Source of the DNA: the human T2T-CHM13v2.0 reference genome, Homo sapiens | Reading direction: 5' to 3' (one strand) | Assembly: GCF_009914755.1 (NCBI RefSeq) | Contig: NC_060926.1 | DNA: 64,000 nt | Shown: piece by piece, positions 40,999 through 55,669 of the stretch | How the letters are laid out: each line of letters begins with the position of its first letter | How positions within the stretch are numbered: the first letter of the stretch is position 1 | Position numbers and translations under genes: made by a program | The notes under the pieces: model-generated | What the model was told of the DNA's origin: nothing | The model's database searches: none | Seen by the model: only the letters and a program-made list of their open reading frames with translations

Positions 40999-41561
40999 AA
41001 AAAAAATAAACAAACTTGAGATGATGTTTGGGTTCCAGGATTTTTCTTCCCAGGCAAAAGCATAGTGTGAGAGAAAAATATGAAAACATTTCCACCTCTG
41101 GCATTATTTTTGACAGGCCTTCTCTTCTTTAATACAGCTACCATTGCAGTCTTTCACCAAATTCACAACTCCAACAATCAGCAACAAACATCCCAGAGGC
41201 TGGAAGATGTTGCAGCCCTCTTGCAATAGAACCCTCCTCGGCTTCTTCTCCCAGTGCTTTAGCTACAACTGTCCACCACAAAGCTCATTTCTAAATTTTA
41301 TGTTGTCATTCCCTCCCCCTTTTTCTGAATCCTGCATTTCTCCAGTGTTGAGAATGCCTGGAGACAAGATAATGTGGAACCAAAAGAGTAAAGACAATTA
41401 CGTCTTCTTAACATTCCCCTTGCTTGTGAAGATGAGTGCTATCCAATAGAACATTCTGTGACGATGGAAATGTTCTGTATCTGCACTACTCAGTCTGAAA
41501 GCCAGTAGCCAGGCACACATGATTACTGGGCAATTAAAATTGCTAAGAGATAACTGAGGCA

Positions 41562-41933
41562 CATTAAAATATTAAAGAGTTTATTTGAGCAAATAGCAGT
41601 TCATGAATCAGGCAGCACCAGACCACTAGAAGTTCAGGGCTTCGGAAAAGGGGCTTGAGGAGAAAATTTGTATAACGTGAATTCAGAAGCGAGGCAAAAA
41701 AGAAAAAGAAAAAAAATTGTGTTTGGCTAAAGTGGAGCAGTAACTTTATTTTAATCAACCTAGCAGAAATCCCTAGTTAGAAGTTAGTTGGTGGTTCCTC
41801 ATTGATTAAATGTAAGTTTCATTTTCCTAGCACATGACCATTTACAGTGAGTTGGGTTTCAATTTGCTTAGGTAAGATCCCGGGGTGCTGGAGTTGCCTC
41901 AGTCTGATGAACTCCCAATTAATTATTTTAACA
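41562..41933 (-). mobile_element. ERV1 solo LTR (MER93-like)
   Basis: Reverse complement starts TGTTAAAATAATTAATTGGGAG...CTGAGGCAACTCCAGCACC and ends TGATTCATGAACTGCTATTTGCTCAAATAAACTC. Confidence 0.7.
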
Positions 41934-41992
41934 AAATGGAGCTAGTGTGACTGAGGAACTGAATTTTGTAAAATTCAATCGTTATTTAAATC

Positions 41993-42305
41993 TTTTTTAT
42001 TTTTATTTTATTTTTTTTTTTTTTTTGAGACAGGGTCTCATTCTGTCCCGCAGGCTGGAGTGCAGTGACACGGTCTCGGCTCATGGAAACCTCTGCCTCC
42101 TAGGTTCAAGCAATTCTCTGCCTCAGCCTCCGGAGTAGCTGGGATTACAGGCGCCCACCACCATGCCCGGCTAATTTTTGTATTTCTAGTAGAGATGGGG
42201 TTTCACCATCTTGGCCAGGCTGGTCTTACACTCCTGACCTCGTGATTCACCTGGCTTGGCCTCCCAAAGTGCTGGGATTACAGGCGTTAGCCACCATGCC
42301 TGGCC
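41993..42305 (-). mobile_element. AluS SINE
   Basis: T-tract plus full reverse dimer ending CCATGCCTGGCC. Confidence 0.95.
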
Positions 42306-43429
42306 TAAATTTAAATATTAATTAAAGTAAATAAAATTTAAAATTTATTTCTTCAGTCACACCATCCACATTTCAAGTGCTTGATAGCCACATGTGGCTA
42401 GTGGCTACATTATTGGACAGTGCAGGTCTAGATCATTCTCGGGGTTTCTCATCTCCCTTTCTGTTGCTGCTCAGGTGATCATTATATCATCATTTAATGT
42501 CTCATCACAACAGCTTTAGCGACTATATATATATATGTATATGCAGGAGGGCAGAAATGCCTATATCCGGATACAAATGCTGTTTTATGATTACCTTCTC
42601 TAGTGTAGAAATCTCTTTAGAAACTGAAACTCAAAAGGAGTGTTGATTTTTTAATAATCACAAGTGCTCCAAAAATTCCCCCAAGAAAACGACCACCTTG
42701 TAGTAATCTCAATGCAGGTAAACTGCTTTGAGAGTCTTTCTTCAGAGATGCCAGAGGCATGGAAAGGATAGCAACATCTGCACACTTTACCATCAAACAT
42801 CCAGACATATTAGAAAGAGAAATCAAATATTCTGATTGGCTAATATGTCTGAGCAGGGACAAATGGACCATAATTCTCTGTTCAGAATTTATGAAGATTC
42901 ATCATCATTTAATTAACAATATAAATATTAAAAAAACATTTTATAATAAAATTTTATAATTGTAATAAGACACACTAGTGCATGAATTATGGGGTACTAA
43001 TTCCCACCCAGTTTTGTTGAAACTGGACATGAATGAATACATTAAAATGCATACTATGTCATGTCTTAGCAGTTAAAAAATAAAGTGGCAAAAAAGTGTT
43101 TCAAAATTCAAAGTCCTATTCCCTTAGAATATAAGCAAAGAAATTCAATGAAAATGTAATTTATTGAGTTTGAGTTCTTACTCATTTTTCCACTGGTAAT
43201 TACATTACCCACACAAGAGACAGTTATTGAAGAGGTGCAAAAAATTAAACTATTATTTTACTCTAGATTTGTAAGCTTTCACTCTTTTGCAGAGAGGCCA
43301 TGTTTTTCCCTCCTAAATCACCTTATAATTTAAGAATGCAATAATAATAAAATATTAACAGTCAGCAGAACACAGGGATCAGACTTTTCTGAAGGGCAGC
43401 TGTGAATCTTTCAGTATCACAATCATTTA

Positions 43430-43670
43430 TTCATAATTATAATAAGTTACATTTATGGATATTTACAATGTGCCTGGCACTGTGCAGTGAACTTCACATA
43501 TGTTACCTAAGTGAATATTTACAATCATTCATGAGGCTGATACTATCATTAGCCCATTTTATAGGTAAGAAAATTGAGGCTTACAGTCTTTCAGTGAGCT
43601 GTCCATGGCCTAAGAGCTAATAACCAGTAGACAAGATTCAAACTCAGGCAACCTAACCCCCAAATCCAGC
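43430..43670 (-). mobile_element. MIR
   Basis: TGTGCCTGGCACTGTGC...CCCATTTTATAGGTAAGAAAATTGAGGCT...ATTCAAACTCAGGC. Confidence 0.75.
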
Positions 43671-45327
43671 TTACCCTACATGTAATGTAGCCAGTGAAAT
43701 TAACCTCACTGACAAGATGAAAACAGAGTAATAAGAACTAAACCATCATCAGCAGGGTTTAAGCAGCAGCTGAGAGAACTTGGAGTGATAAGGTAATTCT
43801 CAGAGTCTAACAAGCCACTCAGGGCTGAATAGTAGATGCTCAGAGTGTAGTCTTAAGGTACAAGCAGAAGAATTCCCTTTTGGTGACATGACCAAGGAGG
43901 TCATATATCAGAAAAGTGCTTCTAAGATTGAAGAGTCAGAGAGCTAAGACACGAAGGTCATAAACTGCTTTAATGCACTCAGGAGGAAAAGAACAGGTCC
44001 TCAGAGGTCCAAGTAGGCAGTCAGCAAGTGAGGATCCAGTGAGTGAGAGCACAGAATGAACAGAAAACGAGCGAAGAGACTTGATCACACCGAGCCTGAC
44101 ATATAGGGAATCAGGGAACCTGAGATTGGGGACAGGTCCACACTGGGGGCCTAGGGCTTGAGGTGCCAGTAATCAGCCTATGATGGTCTACGGTGCTAAG
44201 GAGAGAACTCCTCAAGATGGGCTTCATGTATCCCTACCCATCCATCACCCTCCACTCCCAAACAGCAAGTCCCTTTCAGTCGTGGGACTTGTCCCTCCTT
44301 TATCCTGTGAGGTTGAGATAACTGGTGTGGAGAGAGGGGTAAAAAGGGAAACAAAGCAAACCATTACCTAAATAATCACTCTTAAGAAAGAGTAATCATG
44401 GGCTATTCTGCCATGGTTATACATACATGAGACTGATAAGGAACTGAGTATGAATAACAATTGCTATTCGTTATTGATGGCATCAGACTGCCACATGATT
44501 TAGTCTTGAGGTTGTCCAAGATATTCTTTAACAGAAAAAAATAAGCTGTATCTTTGCAAATCTTTGTTAAATACTCCTATACATTTCCTACTAAAGTCTT
44601 CTTTATAACCTCTAAATATGTCTCACTCGCAGGCATAAGACCCTCATCATTGATCCTGCAATTACTTGGGTTTTGTTATAGCAACAAAGCTTGCATTTAT
44701 TAATAGGAAATTTTATTTCATTTCTGAAATGCCAAGTAGTTATTGATAGAATCTGCTCAATTTACATCCTGAACCCATATACACCTGTTAAAAAATCAAT
44801 CAAGATTCATGCACATGTAAATAACTACTTATTAGTTTTATGATTTTCTGGTAGAACTGAGTTATTGTTTTCCTCTAACAAATCCTAGACTTTAGGACAA
44901 CTTAATGAAGGATTTAAATAGATGTTGTGTCTAATCACTCACAAGTAGGGGCCAGGAGAATCTGGAGAATATTTTCTAGTTCAGTTAATGACTTAAAAAT
45001 TAATAGGCAAAAAATTAATCGGCAAAGAATCCTCTGAATAAAAATAATAAAGTCACAGGATTTCATGACTGCAAATGTTTAGCTACTTCAAAGTTTCCAG
45101 CTTGAGATTAAGATTGTGGCTACATTGAGGAACATTTGGAGATTTGATGGGGAAAGTGAAACCTCCTGAGGGAAAAATGCATCTCAAGGATAAGAGACAT
45201 GAGTTTAATGCAAGCACAAGTTTAATGCACAGTATCAGAGAGGAGAAAGGGTTGAACACCTGAGTTCTCAAAAATTCTAGGAGAAGTTCCAGAGCCAGGG
45301 CACAGGTGTGCAGCAACGCAGCAGGTG

Positions 45328-48155
45328 CAGGTGCACCTTGTTTTATTGCTTTCACTTTCTCATGCTTTGCAGATACTATATTTTCTACAAATTGAAGATT
45401 TGTGGCAAACCTGCATTGACCAAGTCTATCGGCACGATTTTACCAACAACATATGCTCACTTGGTGTCTCTTTGTCACATTTTGGTAATTCTTGCAATAT
45501 TTCAAATATTTTCATTATTACTATGTTATGGTGATCTGTGCTAGATGATCATTCATGTTACTATTGTAGTTGTTTTGTACTACCATGAACCAGGGAGCAT
45601 GCTCCATATAAGATAGCAAAATTAATCAATAAATGTTGTATGTGTTCTGACTGCTCCACCCACAGGCTGTTCCCCCTTCTCTCACTCTCCTCAGGCCTCT
45701 CTGTTCCCTGAGACACAACAATATTGAAATTAGGATAATTAATAACCCTAAAATGACCTCTAAGAGTTTAAGTGAAAGGAAGAGTCACAAGTTTCTCTCT
45801 TTAAATCAAAAGCTAGAACCAATTAAGCTTAGTGAAGGAGGCATGTCAAAAGCCAAGAAAGGCTGAAAGCTAGGCCTCTTCTACCAGCCAGTTGGCCAGG
45901 TTGTGAACACAAAGGAAAAGTTCTTGAAGGAAACTAAAAGTGCTACTCCAGTGAACATACGAATGATAAGAGAGCCAAACAGCCTTGATATAGTTTGGAT
46001 GTTTGTCCTCTCCAAATCTCACGTTAAAACGTGATTTCCAGTGTTGGAGGTGGGGCCTGGTAGGAGACGACTGGATCATGAGGGGTGGATCCCTCATGAA
46101 TGGTTTAGCACCATCCCCTTGTAAGTGAGTTATTGCTCAGTTAGTTCACGTGGGATCTGGTTGTTTAAAAGTCTGGGACCCCGCCCCCCGCCTTCTCTCT
46201 CCCTTACTCCCACTCTCACCATGGGATATGCTGGCTCCACGTGGCTTCTGCTATGATTGGAAGCTTCCTGAGGCCCTCACCAGAAGCAGATGCTTGTGCC
46301 ATGCTTGTACAGCCTGCAGAACCATCAGCCCATTAAACCCCTTTTCTTTATAAATTTCCCAGCCTCAGGTATTCCTTTATAGAAACACAAGAACGGCCTA
46401 ACACAAAACTTATTGCTAATAGGGAGAAAGTTTTAGTGGTCTGAATAGAAGCTCAAACCAGCCACAACATTCCCTTAAGCCAATACCTAATCTGAGTAAG
46501 GCCTTAACTTTTTCAAATTCTATAAAGGCTAAGAGAGATGAGGAACGTGCAGAAGAGAAATTTGAAGCTAGCAGAGGTTGGTTCGCAAGGTTAAGGGAAA
46601 GAAGCCATCTCCATAACATAAAAGTGCAAGGTGATGCAGCAAGTGCCAATGTAAAAGCTGCAGCAAGTTATCCAGAAGATCTAGCTAAGACCATTGGTGG
46701 AGGTAAATACACTAAACAACAGATTTTTACAAAACAGCCTTCTATTCAAAGAAGATGCCATCTAGGACTTTCATAGCTAGAGAGAAGAAGGCAATGCCTG
46801 GCTTCAAAACTTCAAAGGCCAAACTGTCTTGTTAGGGGTTAATGCAGCTGGTAACTTTAAGTTAAAACTAATCCTTGTTTACCATTCCAAAAATCCTATA
46901 TTCCTTAAGAGTTATGCTAAATCTACTCTGCCTGTGCAATAAAAATGCAACAACAAAGCTCGGCTGACACCACATCTGTTTACAGCATGGTTTCCTGGAT
47001 TTTTTAAGCCCACTGTTGAGAACTACTGCTCAGGGGAAAAAAGCAAACAAACAAAAAAAGAAGACTGCTTTAAAAATATTACTACTTCTCATTGCCAAAG
47101 CACCTGGTCACCCAAGAGCTCTGATAGAGATATACAAGGAGATTCCTGTTGTTTTCATGCCTAGTAACACAACATCTATTCTGCAGCCCACAAATCAAGG
47201 AGTAATTTTGACTTTCAAGTCTGACTACTTAAGAAATATATTTTGTAAGGCTATAGCTGCCATAGATAGTGATTCCTCTGATGGGTCTGGCAAATTAAGT
47301 TGAAAACGCCATAGAAAGGATTCACCATTCTAGATGACATTAAGAACATTTGTAATTCGTGAAAGGCAGTTAAAATATCAACATTAATGAGAGTGTGGAA
47401 GAAGTTGATCCCAACCCTCATGGATGATGTTGAGGGGTTTTAGCCTACAGTAGAGGAGGTAACTGCAAATACCATAGAAATAGCAAAAAAACTGGAGTTA
47501 GAGGTGGAACTTGAAGGTGTCACTGAATTGCTACAATCTCATGATGAAACCTGAATGAAAAGTTGCTTCTTATGGATGAGCAAAGGAAATTATTTCTTGA
47601 GATGGAATCTACTCTGGGTAAGATGCTGTGAACATTGTTGAAAGGACAACAAAGGATATTTAGAATAGTTCATAAACATAGTTGATAAAGCAGCAACAGG
47701 GTCTGAGAGGACTGACTCCAATTTTAAAAGAAGTTCTACTGTGGATAAAATGCTATCAAACAGCATCACATGCTACAAAGGACTCTTTAATGAAATTAAG
47801 AGTCAATCAATGTGGCACCCTTCACTGTTGTCTTATTTTTAAAAATTGCCACAGTCTCCCCAGCTTTCAGCAACCACTACTTTATCACTCAGCAGTCATC
47901 AACTTCAAGGCAAGACCCTCCATCAGCACTCAAGGCTCAGATGACTGTTAGAAATTTTTAGCAATATAGTATTTTAAGTTATCTACATTTTTTTAGACAC
48001 AATGCTATTGCACACTTAAGAGACTACAGGATAGTATAGACATCATTTTTATATGCACTGGGAAACCATAAAATGTGTATGACTCACTTTATTGCCATAT
48101 TTGCTTTACTGCAGTGGTCTGGAACCAAACCCCTGATATTTCTATGATGTGCCTG
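45328..48155 (+). mobile_element. Tigger1 DNA transposon, essentially full length, with dead pogo-type transposase
   Basis: 5' end CAGGTGCACCTTGTTTTATTGC; 3' end TTCTATGATGTGCCTG-TA. About 2410 bp after removing the MST. DDE-domain peptide [15 protein letters not shown]...[25 protein letters not shown] at 47016-47303. Confidence 0.95.
45986..46405 (+). mobile_element. MSTA/MSTB MaLR solo LTR nested in Tigger1
   Basis: TGATATAGTTTGGATG...CCCAGCCTCAGGTATTCCTTTATAG...CTAACACA, 420 bp. It splits the Tigger1 motif AAACAGCCT|TATTGCT. Confidence 0.92.
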
Positions 48156-48442
48156 TAGATTGAGGAGGCAGTAGCAGCACTGGGAGCTGGTCCTCTCAGC
48201 ACCGACAGCAAGCCCCACAGCACCACTGTTGGGTTTTGGCATGATCAGCAACCAGGAATATTCCCACAACCATCCCAGCCAGGAGGGGAAATGGGGTCGT
48301 CACCCAGTGTGCAGAACATATAAAGACATCCCTTGGGAACCTCAAAATTGGAACGGAGATGGGCCAGAGAAATACATTTGTGACTACGTCTGTGACCTGA
48401 ATTTTTCCTACCACAGTATGTGACTCCTCAGCTTCTGACTAA

Positions 48443-48937
48443 TGGGGTACAGGGGATGCTACCACAAAATATGGCAGCTTGGCATACTGGGTTTTTTAAC
48501 CTGAATTAAATTGAGAAAACTGTAGAGGCAAGAAAGTCACTCTACCTTCTCCTGCCTTTTTCCCATGGAACATGGCTGTAAAAGAATTTTCTGACCTACT
48601 TTGCCTGAAAATAAGTCCTAAGACCCTCATTCCAGAGGGGTCCTGCCCTATACCTGGAGACCAAGAAGAATCTGAACAAACAGGCCTTCCTAAATTCTCC
48701 ACAGCTTATTACCATCACATCCTTTTGTCCTCCAATCACACTTCTGTACAAGTGACCATAAAAATACAGTTTTCCCTGGGCCTTTGGGTCTTCATTTCTA
48801 AAGGCTCCCATGTCATGTAAAACTTTGGTTAAATACATTTGTTTTGCCTTTGTCCTGTTAATCTGTCTTTTGTTGTAGGGTCTCAGCCAGAACCTAGTGA
48901 TGGGTAAGGAAATGATCTGACTTTTTCTCCCCTATAT
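48443..48937 (+). mobile_element. MER34-family ERV1 LTR
   Basis: GCTACCACAAAATATGGCA; CCCTCATTCCAGAGGGGTCCTGCCC; AAGGCTCCCATGTCATGTAAAACTT; end TTTCTCCCCTATA. Confidence 0.75.
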
Positions 48938-49301
48938 GACCCAGGAGGAGAAGCATACAAGGTCACATATCAATGGTCTCAAGTTTGACTGGGATGGTAA
49001 GATTGGCCCAAAGACAAGTTAGATGAGGACTCCAGTGTCAGTCACATGATGAAACCCAAACATGGGCTCCTTCTTGAGACCCAGGCCCTCTTGCTGTAGT
49101 AATTGTGTGACTCTCGACTGTTAGCCACCACATGTCAAAAGACTGAACCTTGAATCAGTCTGATGAAATTCAGACCACTGAATCTAACCCTGCCACAAAC
49201 TTGTCACTTAATTCAGAGCCTGAACAGAACCTGAGTAATGGTAACCCTCCACTTGTACCTCCGTGCATTGCCTTTGTTTTGTTCTCTGCATGGCCTATAC
49301 C

Positions 49302-49734
49302 TGACAAAGACTGTCTGTGACCAAACAACTTGAATGAGGATCCTCTGGGTCCTTCATGATGAGGCCCATCTTTGGGCTTCCCTCTCTGTCCTTGAAGAAT
49401 CCAGTTTGAGCAGGAACCCTGCTAAGTCAATTAGGCAAAGTCCCCCGTTCTTAGTGTCTGACCACTCTCAGTATCTGCCACCTAGACCTGCTTTCAGCAA
49501 GAGTCCTATCAAGTTGGTTTGATGTTTCCTCTTAGTGGTTTTCCATCCACGGACCCCCCACGCTGCTCTTTGGTTACAAATCCCCACTTGTCTTCCTGGC
49601 AGTTGAGCCCAATCTCTTTCCCACACTTCCAGACCCTGTTGCAGTGATCCCTGTATCCATCCCACGGCCTCTCCTTGAATAAAGACTGCCTGGCCATCTT
49701 TTAACAAGTATTATGAATATTTTTTTCTTAAACA
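49302..49734 (+). mobile_element. MER31-like ERV1 solo LTR
   Basis: TGACAAAGACT...GACCAAAC start, AATAAA signal, ...CTTAAACA end. 4-bp TSD TACC on both sides. Confidence 0.75.
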
Positions 49735-50059
49735 TACCTGAACATCCACTTAAATATTAATGAATAAATTACCAGTGAATGGATGGGGTCTATGTACAGA
49801 GTATTTTCTACCACCGTGATTCTATGTCATCATATCCTTAATAAGGCAAATGCTAGTATGCATGATGAAAATCAAAGAAAATTTAAAGCCAAGTAAAAAC
49901 ACTGCACAAAATTTACAGGCAGGCATTCTAAAATTTAGCACAAATGAAGCTCCACCCCCAACCCTAGTCTCCCTGTCATTTGACCCAACCTGTACATGCC
50001 CCCTTCCTTTCTGAGTATTAATATTACAATCCACTTCATCTCATTCGTGAGTGAATTGT

Positions 50060-50426
50060 TGTTATAGTCTGAATCTGGTGTATCCCACAATTCAAATATT
50101 GTGACTTAATCCCAAATGTGGGAATAAGAGGTGGGCCTTTGGGGAAGTTAATAAGTCACGAGAGCTCTGCCCCCAATTACAGGATTAGTGCCCTTATAAA
50201 AGAGGTTGAAGGGAGCTGCCTTTCTGCTTTCACCCCTTCCACCATGTGAGGACACAGCAAGATGTGTCATTTATGAAGCAGAGAGGGAACTCTCACCCAA
50301 CACCAGATCTGCTGGCACCTTGATCTTGGACTTCCTAGACTCCAGAACTGTGAGCAATAAATCTCCATTACTTATAAACTAACCAGTCTATGGTATTTTT
50401 GCTATAACAACCCAAACAGCTTGACA
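50060..50426 (+). mobile_element. MLT1A-type MaLR LTR
   Basis: GGATTAGTGCCCTTATAAAAGAG; TCTGCTGGCACCTTGATCTTGGACTTCC; CCAGTCTATGGTATTTT. Confidence 0.88.
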
Positions 50427-50785
50427 ATCACCTTTAGATCTTCTTTTTCTGTAACTGTCACCAAGCAAGACTGAGTTCTGCTAGTAGAACTATGCTGGTC
50501 AGTATTTTAAGCTAACTGGGAGAATTGCATAAATGACTATCTCTTTCCATGATAACTTTATAGCAATCCTTTTCTCTAGAAATTACTGGACTTGGGGAGG
50601 GGGAGTGGAGGATTAGCTCAGGGTATTGGGTTATTTAGAAAGGAAATCAGAAATCAATCCTTACACTTAGTAAGGCAAGTGTTGCAGACAGAACTTCAGA
50701 CCTCCAGGAATTCAGAACTCATAAAGCAGAAAGACATATAATAAAAATACTGAAAACTAGATTGGAGATATAAAAGCAGGGATTA

Positions 50786-52390
<1,605 letters not shown>

Positions 52391-55319
52391 AAAAAAAGAG
52401 CAGGTGTTGGGAAGCAAAAAGAGAATTAGACTCCAGTGAGTATCCCTGGGAAGGGGTCCTAATCCCTGCTCCATCATCCCCAGGTTGATTCCAGGTAGGA
52501 GATGAATCAAAAGAACATTCCCTGATTGTGCTGGGAAGACAAGAGTAAAAAAGACCAGTGCCTTACTTCTATGTGGGCCCAGGAGAGCGGCAAGGCCTAG
52601 AGTTCTACCCCACCCCAGTGTGAGGCTGGAGAAGTTAAGTAGAAATACCTATATGAGGTGTCTAGGAAACAGGGCCTGAAACAGCTCCTTGGGGGAATCA
52701 AATGTTTTCAGTACAGACAAGAGCAGCATGGGTATGATCCTGAGAGAAGGCGAGCCTGCTGGGGCTAACAATAGGAGAGAATACAAGAGTAGGTGAGCTG
52801 AAAAGCATACAGGACTCTTTAGAGAGCAGGAGTTGCCTGAGCAGATATGTGATTTCATAGCTGCCCATGCCCTGGCCTCTATCTAAGCACCAGGAATTCA
52901 GATGCAAGAGGTAAAGAAAAAGGGAAATCTTGGTGAACTGAAAATCATCTTGATTTGACAGCGTTTACCCGAATTGACAAAGAACATGTTTTCTTCACCG
53001 GATGGAACAAATGCTTGAGCTGGAAATTGTTTGTTATATAGAAATAAAGTTTCATTTCTTGCATACTCAATATGTGTTTAATAAAATCAAGTATGCGAAA
53101 GTAGACAACTTCCAAGGCAGACCAATCAAATGCTGATTCTATTCTTTAAAACAAACAAACAAACAAACAGAACACTCAAGAAAAGCATTCTTTGCTGAAT
53201 CTTTTAGGCTGCTTTGTATAGAGTAGATGCTCACTTATGAGTGTTGCTGCATGTTCCTCTAACAATAATCTCTCCTGGCACAAAGTCTTATTTTAATTCA
53301 AGCAAGTATTTATGCACACTATCTCAAGCACAATGCTGTTGTGTATTTAAAATACACCTATATGCAAAAAAGAAAGGGAATTTCTCAGATTAATAATGTA
53401 TAAGTAAAAAAAGAACTAAAGAAGATACATATCAGATGGAAATTTTCCTCTCAATTAATGAAGAGTTATTGGAGATGATCCTATAGTCAGGGATTTGCTA
53501 TAACACCAAAATATCACTTTAACCAGTAAGTTTTAGAATTCCCCTTTAGCAAAAAAGTTTTACAAGAATCATCAACAGGCTGTAAAATGTATAGTTATTT
53601 CAGTCTCTCTACCTCGAGTTTGCAGAGAAGCAGTGAAATGGTCAAGAGAATGAAATAATGAAGAGAATCATGTACAACTTGAAAACAACTTTGTTGGACA
53701 CAGTTGATCTGAACTGAAACCTAGGGTTTGTGTAATATCTTGGTATACTCTAGTATCTATTATAATTCTGTTTCTCAAGGTTTTTGCAAGTTCGCATACA
53801 CTTTTTGTTTTGTTGGTGTCATAGTAAAGTGGGTAGGACTTGGGGAGGAAGAGGTCCTCCTGCTTGATCAAAACCCAAGGAAATGATCTGGCTCAGTTGA
53901 CCTGCAGATCCCAGCCAGCTATTCAGCCATAGTGAAATGTGTTGTCTACACAAGACAATTCATCTCTTTCTGAGCCCACATTACTAGCAGGTAAAAAGTC
54001 ATTTTTCCGTGAAAGCTGTATTGTAAATAGACAATTTACTAATTTTGGTGGAATTATACAGTTAATTTCTATAACCATTCAGGCTCTAGCATTTATTTCA
54101 GCAATGTGCCTTTGTCAAAGTGAGAGCTTTGAAGCATTTTATTTTCTTCTTTATTTGGAAATGGGGAGGAACTTACATGGAATGAGATTTATTGTGGTGT
54201 AAACATAGTTCTCTAAATAAAAGATTATTGTTGCATAGTCTATCAATAGAGATGTAGTGATAAAAAAGAAGTTTTAGGCTTGTTTCTGGTCCTCTGGCTC
54301 CTACTGAACTGAGTACATTTTTAAATGTCATGAATGAATTTAATTGGGTTTTGAGATACACTGCCACATATGGCTTTTTTAACATAGAAAAAGGATAGAA
54401 CTAAAAATTTTAAAAAGACGGAAGAAATGAAGAGAAGGAGGAAGGGTAGGAGGGAGGGTGAGAGAGAGGAAGGAATGTGGGAAAGAACCAAATAATCTGA
54501 CTGGTGCCTTGTGGATGTTTTATAGTACCCCTAAAATCCTGCTCTCATTTCATTTATCTTTCCAAAATGACAGTGATGGTTATAGAGCATGTACCACATG
54601 CTCCACACAGTTCTGGTTCTCTTGCTCCCACAGACCTCATCACTTTACTATATAACACTAGCAAAACTAAACTTGTATGCCATCTTGAAAAAACTCCGAT
54701 AATGAATTATGATACTAGAGCATACCAACATGTTTGTGCTCTATACCAGCATTTTAAAATGAAAATTAAAGTAGTGATTTAGAGGTCCAGCCTATGAAAT
54801 TGGGATTGCGCATGAAGCCCAACCTGTCATGCCCTTTCTCCTCTGGTTTCCCTACTTGTCAAGTCTGCCCAACTCTTTGCAGAGTCTATAAACAATCCAT
54901 CATCATCAATAAATTTTTCATATTATTACTGAGACTTACTTGGTCCAAATTAATCCAAATGTTTAAGCCAGCCCAGCCTTATCTCAAGTTCCATAATTCA
55001 AGAGTTTATGCTATTTATGAAACCCCTAATCAAAATTTTCAAGCAATAGACACCAGAAGTATACATTACTCATGTCACCCTCGGCAGGGGAGATGGCCTG
55101 TATTATACACATTAAATATTGATGTATTGATTCATTCTCCTGGGAAAAAAAATGCTCCCCTTAGTGGACAGTAAGGTACAATTTGCCTGTATTCCTACAA
55201 GTTTTGTGACATATGGCCAAATATCTCCAACTCAGAAAAATCACCCATAACTTAGGGTCTCTTTAGGGAAAGGCTAAAAGACGTTCTGGTTTCTCTTGTT
55301 CAACGTTTCTCCCTATGTG

Positions 55320-55470
55320 TATTTTATTATTGTTATTGAGTACTTACACGTGCCAGATACTATTCCAGGCACTTAGGGTATATAAGGGAATAAAACAGAG
55401 GTTTCTGCCTTCATGAGGCTTACATTTTAGTAAAGGAGACGGACAGTAAACAATAAATAACAAATTGAGA
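55320..55470 (-). mobile_element. L2 3' fragment
   Basis: TTATTGAGTACTTACACGTGCCAGATACTATTCCAGGCACT...TGCCTTCATGAGGCTTACATTTTAG. Confidence 0.7.
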
Positions 55471-55669
55471 GAGTTTTTCATAAAGCTCAACCCAGATCTA
55501 TTCCTTTAACCCTCCTAATGATTCTGTGAGTCAATTATCTCCCTGTCCTGCTAAAACAAGCTACCGTGGACTATTTTTTTCAGCAACAAAACCTCAACTA
55601 ATATGATTAGCCAGACTGGGTTTTGAAGTGTCCCCCTCTACCTCTCTTTTGAAACTATAATAATGGGGT

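Larger units (their letters stand above)
41434..42426. mobile_element. MER3/MER33-like hAT element interrupted by an LTR and an Alu
   Basis: GTGCTATCCAATAGAACATTCTGTGACGATGGAAATGTTCT ... TAGCCACATGTGGCTAGTGGCTACATTATTGGACAGTGCAG. Confidence 0.75.

Noticed and set aside
52400-53065. Possible ancient LTR ending near AATAAAG...TTCTTGCA
   Set aside because: I could not assign a family or boundaries by eye.
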